The notes beneath the pieces are model-generated. The model ran no database searches and was not told the origin of the DNA. It saw only the letters and a list, made by a program, of their open reading frames with translations. The position numbers were made by a program, and so were the translations under genes. From positions 21,257 through 85,256 of the forward strand of contig CAZREG010000003.1 in assembly GCA_964599075.1 (NCBI GenBank): a stretch of 64,000 nucleotides of DNA, given 5' to 3'. This stretch comes from an uncultured Spirochaetaceae bacterium (lineage in GTDB: Bacteria; Spirochaetota; Spirochaetia; DSM-27196; SLST01). Below are positions 36,274 through 43,964 of the stretch, in pieces. Position 1 is the first letter of the stretch. Every line of letters begins with the position of its first letter.

Positions 36274-37155
36274 TCAAACGCTTTTTCGCAGCGCCGCCGG
36301 TTCGTCCATCAGGTTCTCAACCGTTATGTTGAGCTCATCAATGATAATGCTTGTGTACTTTTCCACCTGTTCCACGATATAGCGCTGCAGGTCGTGAATG
36401 GTGCCGGCAAGTTGCACGCCGAATGGGACATTCAGGTACAGGTCGATGTGGTACCCGTTACGATCCTTCGAGATCGACATTCTTCCCATAGAGATTCCAT
36501 TTCCGTACTCTGCGACGCAATGCAGGATCATCTGGGTGAGCGCACCTTTGGAGATGTTCACCTCCCCCTTCCTGCTGTACTCAGGCCGGACAACCGTCTT
36601 TTCAAAGATGTTCCGCTTCCGTCTCACGCCGCCGGTGAACAGCAGTCGCAGGGAGTCCGCCATGATGCGCGGATAGGTCCGTTTCACCTCCACACTGGGC
36701 ACCGGAATCACATGACGTCCCTGCACGTTCCGGTACTGGATGGCGGTGTTGATCTCCTCAGCAGTCGCGATGTCCTCTATCTGAATCATCTTGTAGATGG
36801 GGGGAAGACGAAGGACCTGGGCAATTTTGACGACCATTCGGTCACTGGTTCCCAGGATCAGGATCCGCTTGAACTTGAGACCCTCGAGCGCCTTTATCAC
36901 CTCGTGCCGGTGTGTCTTTTCGTTGAACAGCGCCGCCTTGACCGCCGCGAGGTAGTTCTTCTCACGCTTGGCCGACTTGCCCGCTATGATCTTGTGATCC
37001 TTTATCACCAGGCCGTCGTCAATGAGTACCTCTATGCTGTACTTCTCTGCAACAAGCTGTGCCCTGAAGCTCTTGCCGGAACCGCTCTTGCCTACAAGTG
37101 CAAATACCCTGACGCCACGGAGTCGGAACAAGAGCGACTCTAACAGCTTCAACAT
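36274..37155 (-). CDS. P-loop NTPase fused to an Asp23/Gls24-like domain
   Basis: N-terminal Walker A ALVGKSGSGKS. The C-terminal ~110 aa (GEVNISKGALTQMILHCVAEYG..YHIDLYLNVPFGVQLAGTIHDLQRYIVEQVEKYTSIIIDELNITVENL) follow the Asp23-family pattern. Confidence 0.6.
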   Translation of the reverse strand: MLKLLESLLFRLRGVRVFALVGKSGSGKSFRAQLVAEKYSIEVLIDDGLVIKDHKIIAGKSAKREKNYLAAVKAALFNEKTHRHEVIKALEGLKFKRILILGTSDRMVVKIAQVLRLPPIYKMIQIEDIATAEEINTAIQYRNVQGRHVIPVPSVEVKRTYPRIMADSLRLLFTGGVRRKRNIFEKTVVRPEYSRKGEVNISKGALTQMILHCVAEYGNGISMGRMSISKDRNGYHIDLYLNVPFGVQLAGTIHDLQRYIVEQVEKYTSIIIDELNITVENLMDEPAALRKSV

Positions 37156-37208
37156 AGATGCAGTATACGTGGGCCGGCACTCAATGTGCAGCCCTCTTTC
37201 GTCCGTGA

Positions 37209-38222
37209 CTACCAGAACGCCGGCTTGAGCCCGTGCTCCAGCAGCACCTCCGGCACTCCCTCCGGAAAGGCCTGACGAAGCCGCCCCACGCTCGTCCGGG
37301 GCAGTGGCGCAATCAGCTCGTGAAAGTCGAGCACCTCGCTTCTCTCCCGCAGTGTCAGCCGTATCGCGTGCAGAAAGTAGGGCTGCGACCGTGAGGCGCC
37401 GTACTTGGCGTCACCAGCGAGCGGATATCCGTTGGCAGCCGCATGTGCCCGGATCTGGTGCGTGCGGCCGCTTTCAATGGTGACCAGGGCCAGTGTGACG
37501 CCCTCGCGTGAGAGAAGTGGCAGTGCGATCGAGCGCGCGGAGTGGCCGGCTGGATCGATGAAGCTCGTGTGACGGCTCCGATCGCGGTCAATTGGCTGTG
37601 ACCAGACGGTACGCGCGGGAAGGGCACCCTGGAGCAGCGTCAGGTACTCCTTCTGTATCAGTCGCATTTGAAGGAGCCGGCTTGCTTCCTGTGCTCCGGC
37701 GGTGCTGAGCGCGTACATCACCAGGCCACTCGTGTTGCGATCAAGGCGGTGCACGGGGCCGGGCCGGAAGCTCACGCCGCTGACTGCCTTGCGAAGGCCG
37801 TGCTGCTCCCAGTGTGCTTCAACCCGCTGCAACAGCGAGTGCTCTCCGTGGGTCAGTTCGCCCGGCAGCTTGTTTACGACCATCACGTCTGCGTTCGCGT
37901 GGATGATACGTTGCGCCTCTATCGCAGGCGCCTTCGACGCCGGGTCCGGCAGCACCACCGCCTCAGCGATCGGTCCCCGAAACGTCAATGCGTCCCCGTC
38001 GCAGACGCGTGTCTCAGGCGTCGCGCGACCGCCGTTTATCCGGATGTCCTTGCGTCGCAGGGCACGGAAGATGGAACCCATGCCCATGTCGGGCAGGAGC
38101 TTGCGCAGCACCCTGTCGAGCCTTCGCCCGTCGTCGTTGGTTCCCAGGTCGACCCGGCGCTCAGAATTGGCCATCTGCCATGCTATCACGTTGTGGTTGA
38201 CAAAGGGAGGAGCCGGGGACAC
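37209..38222 (-). CDS. RluA-family pseudouridine synthase with S4 domain (RluD-like)
   Basis: S4-like RLDRVLRKL...RINGGRA, catalytic HRLDRNTSGLVMYA, and RTHQIRAH. Start may be ATG 38174. Confidence 0.85.
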   Translation of the reverse strand: MSPAPPFVNHNVIAWQMANSERRVDLGTNDDGRRLDRVLRKLLPDMGMGSIFRALRRKDIRINGGRATPETRVCDGDALTFRGPIAEAVVLPDPASKAPAIEAQRIIHANADVMVVNKLPGELTHGEHSLLQRVEAHWEQHGLRKAVSGVSFRPGPVHRLDRNTSGLVMYALSTAGAQEASRLLQMRLIQKEYLTLLQGALPARTVWSQPIDRDRSRHTSFIDPAGHSARSIALPLLSREGVTLALVTIESGRTHQIRAHAAANGYPLAGDAKYGASRSQPYFLHAIRLTLRERSEVLDFHELIAPLPRTSVGRLRQAFPEGVPEVLLEHGLKPAFW

Positions 38223-38234
38223 TCTAACAGCACC

Positions 38235-38714
38235 ATGGTGTCAGCTCAGACGACCGGGCTCTTTGCGTTTCTCTCCGGACCGGTCTTTTTATCCGCATTC
38301 TTCTCCTGGTTTCTCGCGCAGCTTCTGAAGACCATCATAGACCTGGCACGCCAGCGGAGCCGATCCGCCGCCGGGGTGGTCTCCACCATGTTCTGGAAGA
38401 CCGGTGGCATGCCGAGCAGCCACAGTTCCCTCGTAACGAGTCTGGCCACCTCAATTGGCTTTGTCCATGGTCCCGATTCGCCGATATTCACCTTGAGCCT
38501 CTTCTACGGGGTACTCATAATCCGAGACGCGCTCGGTGTGCGTCGCAGCTCCGGGGTGCAGTCACGAACACTCAATGAGATGGGCTCCGAGCTCAAGCGG
38601 GCAATCGGGTATGAGTACCGACCGGTGAAAGAGGTGTACGGACATACACCCACGGAGGTGGCGGTCGGGGTACTGTTGGGCTTCTTCATCGCGCTCGCCT
38701 TTTCACTGTTGTGA
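38235..38714 (+). CDS. divergent PAP2-family (DUF212) membrane protein
   Basis: MVSAQTTGLFAFL..., GGMPSSHSSLVTSLATSIG and RDALGVRR motifs. Start set to ATG 38235; the upstream part of track ORF 37668 is antisense to the rluD-like gene. Confidence 0.75.
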   Translation: MVSAQTTGLFAFLSGPVFLSAFFSWFLAQLLKTIIDLARQRSRSAAGVVSTMFWKTGGMPSSHSSLVTSLATSIGFVHGPDSPIFTLSLFYGVLIIRDALGVRRSSGVQSRTLNEMGSELKRAIGYEYRPVKEVYGHTPTEVAVGVLLGFFIALAFSLL

Positions 38715-40228
38715 GAGTATCTCAATCCAGACGCATAGTTTCCCTGCTCTCCGCCCTGGCCTTTTTTGCGGCGAGTCTTCTTCTGTGGGCGCTCCTGCCG
38801 TCGATCTACCAGCCCGCACGTTCGTTTGCGCCGTACGTAACGGTGGCGACGGAGATGACCCATGATGATGCTGCCGAACGGCTTAAGGCCGCCGGGGCAG
38901 AACAGATCATCACACCCGCTACAACCTACGTGCTGCTCTCGCGAATCGGCCGTGTTGATGAGGTTCCGCTCTCGGCTGTTGATGAGCTGCTTGATCCCGT
39001 GGATCCGCGGCGTGACCCCTTTATGAAGGAGCTCTCCGCGTACTTCCGTATTGGTGGACAGAACGCCCTCTACGTTGAAGCCCCCGGCTCCCTGCTGGAT
39101 GCCCGGCGTCTGGTCAATAACGCCCTCGGGCCGGGCGCACGGGTGGCAGAGCTCGACCTCGCCGCCCGCTGGGCGTCTGCTGCGTTCCCGCTTCTGGCTG
39201 CACTGGCCGCGCTTGCGTACTCACTCCGTTCGGGCGGAGTCCGATTCATCTCATTTTTACCGTTCTTTCTCCCCTCGTTCTTTTTTGGGATCGGGGCGGG
39301 GGTCTCGGCTGCCCTCATGGCTCTTGCCATTGACTGGCTGCTCCTGGTGATGGATGCACCAAGGCGCGTTATGGACCGTGAGCTGGCCACTGCGCTTTTC
39401 GCGCAGCGCAGACGTCTGTTCTGGGTCGCTCTGGTGGTGCTCGCCGGGTTGCTCAACGCTTTTGTCCTTCACGGGCCGCAGGCGCTCCTGGCGCTGCTGC
39501 TTGCTATCGCCGGCTGCCTGTCGGTGCGAGCGGGTGCGGCCATCCTTGCACGTCCGGCCGTACGCGACGAAGAGCACCGTGCGTTTCGTCCGGTTCCAAT
39601 ACTGGTCAAGCCGCGGTTCAGAAGCACCAACAGCCGGGAACGTCTGGTCGCGGTTGTCGCGGTAGCCGGCATCCTTGTTCTCGCGCCGCTGATTGACCGC
39701 GTACTTACGACTCGGTCGGTCGACCGTCCGGTGCCGCATGCCGAACAGAGCGGTCCGGTCTCATTTGAGACCCTCCGCAACGTTGCCGCATCCCGCGTCT
39801 CCGGCTCCCTCCCGGATCTGTCCGACTACCTCGCGCACCGGGCATACCAGGAGAGCTTTGCCTACGGCGGCACGTATCAGTTCCCTGATCCTGATCAGCC
39901 CGTCATGCTCGAGCGCTTCCGACTGGGCGAGGACGGAGCCTTTACCTCGTTCTCCGAGCCGGTCCTCCAGTTTGATGATCAGTGGCTGCAGGCGGCTCTT
40001 ACCGACCCTCCGCCGGGCATCGTCTCGCTGCTGGCGACCCGCGACTACCCGTCAGGGGTTGCTCTGTCAGGGAGGGAGGCACTATACTCGCGCTATTCTC
40101 GGATTGCACTGCACGTCTTGTTTCTCACTCTCACGCTGCTCCCGTTTGCCGTCGGCTCGCCTCACCGGGTGCGTCTGAAGGGGAGAACAGGGGCCATCAC
40201 GACAGGACGCAGTCGCCAGGTTGCATGA
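38711..40228 (+). CDS. polytopic membrane protein, unknown function, translationally coupled to rnfC
   Basis: 505 aa. N-terminal TM, a ~100-aa soluble segment, a cluster of TMs, and a C-terminal soluble domain plus final TM. Its stop TGA (40226-40228) overlaps the rnfC ATG (40225). Confidence 0.55.
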   Translation: MRVSQSRRIVSLLSALAFFAASLLLWALLPSIYQPARSFAPYVTVATEMTHDDAAERLKAAGAEQIITPATTYVLLSRIGRVDEVPLSAVDELLDPVDPRRDPFMKELSAYFRIGGQNALYVEAPGSLLDARRLVNNALGPGARVAELDLAARWASAAFPLLAALAALAYSLRSGGVRFISFLPFFLPSFFFGIGAGVSAALMALAIDWLLLVMDAPRRVMDRELATALFAQRRRLFWVALVVLAGLLNAFVLHGPQALLALLLAIAGCLSVRAGAAILARPAVRDEEHRAFRPVPILVKPRFRSTNSRERLVAVVAVAGILVLAPLIDRVLTTRSVDRPVPHAEQSGPVSFETLRNVAASRVSGSLPDLSDYLAHRAYQESFAYGGTYQFPDPDQPVMLERFRLGEDGAFTSFSEPVLQFDDQWLQAALTDPPPGIVSLLATRDYPSGVALSGREALYSRYSRIALHVLFLTLTLLPFAVGSPHRVRLKGRTGAITTGRSRQVA

Positions 40229-41559
40229 TGCGCAAGACCAGCTTCCCAATTGGCGGGTTCTTCCCCGCCTCTCACAAGCAGAACACTCAGAACGAGCGCA
40301 TCCGGAACGCGATTATTCCCGCGGTTTCGGTAGTTCCCTTTGCTCAGAGCTCCGGTGACCCGGCAGAACCAACCGTTGGCATCGGCAGCAGGGTAGGCGA
40401 AGGCATGAGGATCGGGCGGGCCAGGAAACGGGGTTCCTGTGACCTTCACAGCCCGGTACCCGGCATAGTGGATGCGATTCGACCAATCGAGCTCCCGGGC
40501 GGTGTCCAGTGTGATGCTGCCGTTATTGCCATGGACGGCGAGTTCTCCCGGCTTGGCAAGCCTGCCGAGCAGTATGGCTGGTCGTCCTTTGCACCGTCGA
40601 CACTGCGGCGGCTCATCCGTGAGGGGGGTGTCGTTGAGCTTGCGGATGGCGGGCATCCTGTTGATGCGGTGCTCGCAAAAACGGTTGCCGACAGGTGCTC
40701 CACGCTCGTGGTCAGCGGCGCTGAGAGCGAGCCGTACCTCTCTGTGACGCAGCGGATGATGGTTGAGCATCCGGCCCAGCTTGCTGAGGCGACCGCCATT
40801 GTTGAGAAGCTGCTCTCTCCGGCAAAGACGGTTGTCGCCGTGGAACGGGACAAACGTGACGGCCTGCTGGCTCTGCAGGACGCCTTTCGCAAGCGACAGA
40901 TGCGTGTGCAGCTTTTCTCCCTCGATCTCAAGTATCCGCAGAGTGATCGGCTGCAGCTCATTCGCGCGACCACCGGCAGAGAGGTTCCCTCAGGCAGCGA
41001 GCCCATTGACATTGGATGTGTCGTGATCACTGTTCCCACCCTCTTTGCTATCTGGGAAGCGGTTGTGCTGCGAAAGCCGCTTATTGAACGCATTGTGACG
41101 GTTGCCGGCGGCGCGGTGGAGGCTCCCGCGAACCTCAAAGTCCGGATTGGAACGCCGGTAGGTTCTCTTCTCAGAGAGTGCGGTCTGCTACAGGAAGAGG
41201 TCGCGCGCGTAGTGGTCGGCGGGCCGTTCCGTGGATTTGCCGTCACTGATCTCACCACTCCCATCACCAAGACAACCCCTGCGGTTCTTGCGCTCACCCG
41301 GAAGGAGGTAAAGTCCGGAACGGTGCGTCCCTGTATCGAGTGCGGACGCTGCATGGAGGTGTGTCCGATCGGATTGAATCCCACGCGCCTGACCAGACTG
41401 GTGGATGCGGGGGAGGCTGGGCGCGCAGTCGCAGAGGGTTTGCTCGACTGCACCGAGTGCGGTCTGTGCAGCTACATCTGCCCGTCGCGCATCCCGCTTG
41501 TTGACAAGCTGAAAGAGGCTCGGGGAGCACCACGGACGGGTATCAGGACGCGTCAATGA
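40225..41559 (+). CDS. rnfC: RnfC-like subunit (two 4Fe-4S motifs; degenerate flavin/NADH motif)
   Basis: CIECGRCMEVCP and CTECGLCSYICP ferredoxin motifs, and SGAESEPYL where NGAECEPYL is expected. Positioned 5' of rnfD. Start ATG 40225 (track ORF 39982 extends into the upstream gene). Confidence 0.8.
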   Translation: MMRKTSFPIGGFFPASHKQNTQNERIRNAIIPAVSVVPFAQSSGDPAEPTVGIGSRVGEGMRIGRARKRGSCDLHSPVPGIVDAIRPIELPGGVQCDAAVIAMDGEFSRLGKPAEQYGWSSFAPSTLRRLIREGGVVELADGGHPVDAVLAKTVADRCSTLVVSGAESEPYLSVTQRMMVEHPAQLAEATAIVEKLLSPAKTVVAVERDKRDGLLALQDAFRKRQMRVQLFSLDLKYPQSDRLQLIRATTGREVPSGSEPIDIGCVVITVPTLFAIWEAVVLRKPLIERIVTVAGGAVEAPANLKVRIGTPVGSLLRECGLLQEEVARVVVGGPFRGFAVTDLTTPITKTTPAVLALTRKEVKSGTVRPCIECGRCMEVCPIGLNPTRLTRLVDAGEAGRAVAEGLLDCTECGLCSYICPSRIPLVDKLKEARGAPRTGIRTRQ

Positions 41560-42605
41560 TCACCAGTACAGCCCAATCGCCGCCGCAGGTGCGGCATCAT
41601 ACGACAACCAGCCGGATGATGTGGACCATGGTCGTTGTGCTTCTCCCGGCTTTCGGGTGGGGCGTTTTTCAGTTTGGTCTGCGTTCGATCACCGTCGTTG
41701 GCACGGCTGTTGTCACGGCTGTCGCCGCAGAGTTTGTCGCGGTGAAGCTTCTCAGGCGCTCGCTTCCCGGTGACGGGCACTCATTGCTCCTGGGTCTGCT
41801 GATCGGGCTCAGCCTGCCGGTTTCTGTCCCGCTCTTTGTTCCAGTGGTGGCTTCACTGTTCGCGCTTCTTGTGGTGAAGTGGAGCTTTGGGGGGCCCGGA
41901 GCATACTGGATGAACCCGGCGCTCGCCGGCTGGTCGTTCGCCTATATCTCTTTTCCTCAGGCGTGGACCGGAGTCGACGCGATGAGCGGTGCCACTCCAC
42001 TCTCGCTTGCGGCAGGAACAGCACCGGATGCGCTCGGCGCCGCTCGACAGGCCGGTATCGTTGGCTCGGTGCTTGATGATCAGGTGACCGACTGGCTCAA
42101 CGCTCATCTGCTCTCACGTGCGGATATCGACCTCCCCGGTGGCTACATAGATCTGTTTCTTGGGACCGCCGGCGGCGCTATTGGCGAGGTGAGTGCTGCG
42201 CTGCTTCTCCTGGGGTCGATCATCCTGCTCGGAGGCCGCGTTGTGCGCTGGCATATTCCAGCGGCCATGTTCGCGACCTATGCACTGCTGATTCGGCTTT
42301 TTGGGGGTTTGCAGTACGGAACCGGGCTCTTCAGTGGCGACGTTCTCTTCCATACGCTGAGCGGCGGTTTCCTGCTCGCGCTCTTCTTCCTGGCACCTGA
42401 GCCGGGCAGTGCCCCCTATACCCGTGGCGGGATGTGGATCTTTGGCGTTCTGGTCGGCGGTCTTGCCGCCCTGTTCCGGCTGTTCGGGGCCGCCGGGGAG
42501 GGTGTAGCGTTTGCGGTGATCATTGCAAACATCTGCGTCCCGCTCATTCACCGCTATACTCAACCGAGGCGATTCGGACAGCAACGCAGGGGAGTGGCCT
42601 CATGA
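41556..42605 (+). CDS. rnfD: Rnf electron-transport complex subunit D
   Basis: 349-aa polytopic NqrB/RnfD-like protein with flavinylation motif DAMSGATPLS. Confidence 0.9.
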   Translation: MITSTAQSPPQVRHHTTTSRMMWTMVVVLLPAFGWGVFQFGLRSITVVGTAVVTAVAAEFVAVKLLRRSLPGDGHSLLLGLLIGLSLPVSVPLFVPVVASLFALLVVKWSFGGPGAYWMNPALAGWSFAYISFPQAWTGVDAMSGATPLSLAAGTAPDALGAARQAGIVGSVLDDQVTDWLNAHLLSRADIDLPGGYIDLFLGTAGGAIGEVSAALLLLGSIILLGGRVVRWHIPAAMFATYALLIRLFGGLQYGTGLFSGDVLFHTLSGGFLLALFFLAPEPGSAPYTRGGMWIFGVLVGGLAALFRLFGAAGEGVAFAVIIANICVPLIHRYTQPRRFGQQRRGVAS

Positions 42606-43264
42606 GCGAAGCCAACGCAAGGCCGAGGCCCGGCCACTTCCGCAACGGATTCTTTGCCCACAACCCCATCTTTACCACCTTCCTTGGTCTCTGTCCTTCG
42701 CTTGCCGTTACCGCAGTGGTGTACCATGCCTTTGTGCTCTCGGTGGTGGTCTCAGCGGTGCTTCTTCTCTCTGCGCTCTGCGTCTCTCTCCTTCGTACGG
42801 TCGTTCCGCTGCCGTTTCAGAGGTTGGTGACGCTCGCGCTCATGGCCGTGCTCACGGTGATCGCGACCATGCTGCTCTCACGCTATATGCCGGATGTGCG
42901 TGAGGCGCTCGGCATCTATCTCCCGTTGGTTGCCGTCAACGTTGTTGTCATCTCTCAGGTGCAGACGGTCAGCTGGACCTCTGCGGTCGGGCAAAGTCTG
43001 GGTGATGCGGCTGGGCGGGCTGCCGGCTTCCTGGTTGGTCTTGTCCTTATTGCGCTGCTTCGTGAATCCATTGGTTCCGGGACCATTACGCTGATCGCTC
43101 GATCCGCACGAGAGCTCGTGCTCGTGCTCCCCGGACTCTCTGAGAATCCTGTCTCTGCCGTGGCAACGAGCGTCGGCGCGTTCCTTATTGCAGGATACCT
43201 CTCCGCACTCGTTCGGGTAGTCCGTCGACGAAAGAGCCCGGGCCGCATGGAGGACGATACATGA
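42602..43264 (+). CDS. rnfE: Rnf electron-transport complex subunit E
   Basis: FFAHNPIFTTFLGLCPSLAVT is the RnfE/NqrD signature. Start ATG 42602 overlaps the rnfD stop. Confidence 0.9.
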   Translation: MSEANARPRPGHFRNGFFAHNPIFTTFLGLCPSLAVTAVVYHAFVLSVVVSAVLLLSALCVSLLRTVVPLPFQRLVTLALMAVLTVIATMLLSRYMPDVREALGIYLPLVAVNVVVISQVQTVSWTSAVGQSLGDAAGRAAGFLVGLVLIALLRESIGSGTITLIARSARELVLVLPGLSENPVSAVATSVGAFLIAGYLSALVRVVRRRKSPGRMEDDT

Positions 43265-43857
43265 CGTTTCTCGGCGGTCTGCTTATGCTCACGCTCTTCT
43301 CCAACGTGGTTCTTGATCAGTTCCTTGGTCTCTGTGAGACCCGGGTATCCGGACGGGACCTCACCGGCACCGCACTGCTGTCTGCGATTATGACCCTGGT
43401 CGCTCTGATTGCCACCACGGTCAACTGGACGCTGTTCACATTTGTCCTTGAGCCCCTTGGGATCGCCTCTCTCTCGCCCCTGTTCTTTGTACTCGTAAAC
43501 CTGGGTATTGTGACCGGTTTCGCACTGCTCGCGGTGCGGGCGATCCCCGCGTACGCGGCGCTTCTCACCGACTACCTCTTCCGTGTTGGCGCGAACAGCC
43601 TCACTCTCGGGCTCGCCATTATTGCAGCAAACAGGATGGCGACCTTCGGTGGCGCGGTTGCTGCAGGTCTAGCCGGCGGAGCAGGATTCTTTCTGGTGAG
43701 CGCCCTCCTTGGAGCCATACAGGACCAGCTGAGGATTGCTCCGGTACCCCCGGCGATGCGCGGCATGCCCATCACGCTCGTGACCCTCGGTCTCATGGCA
43801 CTGGCATTTCTTGCATTTGATCAACTTTTGCTGCAGAACCTTGTGGGTTCCTGGTAA
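43261..43857 (+). CDS. rnfA: Rnf electron-transport complex subunit A
   Basis: 198 aa with six TMs. Has N-terminal NVVLDQFLGLC, matching the RnfA/NqrE pattern. Confidence 0.9.
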   Translation: MTFLGGLLMLTLFSNVVLDQFLGLCETRVSGRDLTGTALLSAIMTLVALIATTVNWTLFTFVLEPLGIASLSPLFFVLVNLGIVTGFALLAVRAIPAYAALLTDYLFRVGANSLTLGLAIIAANRMATFGGAVAAGLAGGAGFFLVSALLGAIQDQLRIAPVPPAMRGMPITLVTLGLMALAFLAFDQLLLQNLVGSW

Positions 43858-43964
43858 GACCCATTTACAAGCCATGGCTGCGGAAGTAGAATCCTGAGCA
43901 CGGTAGGTGCTTGCTGGGGGGCCCCGTGACGCACGGGTGATGGCGCCGATCCTACAGGAAGATA

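Noticed and set aside
36139-37143. A 334-aa plus-strand ORF opposite the P-loop/Asp23 gene.
   Set aside because: The minus-strand frame has a Walker A and an Asp23-like pattern. The plus-strand product has none, and its start lies inside the TPR gene.
37668-38234. An N-terminal 189-aa extension of the PAP2 ORF, from the track ORF that starts at 37668.
   Set aside because: This part is antisense to the RluA-family gene. The PAP2-family homology begins only at ATG 38235.
40162-41556. Several minus-strand ORFs (202, 335 and 122 aa) across rnfC.
   Set aside because: They are antisense to rnfC, whose ferredoxin motifs fix the true frame. The products are Ser/Arg/Pro-rich with no motifs.
43858-43964. 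Two small hairpins (AGCAC-GGTAG-GTGCT; CCCGTG-ACG-CACGGG) in the rnfA-GH57 gap, considered as a riboswitch, sRNA or terminator.
   Set aside because: The stems are only 5-6 bp with no U-tract, and I see no resemblance to any riboswitch consensus I know. This is too little evidence.
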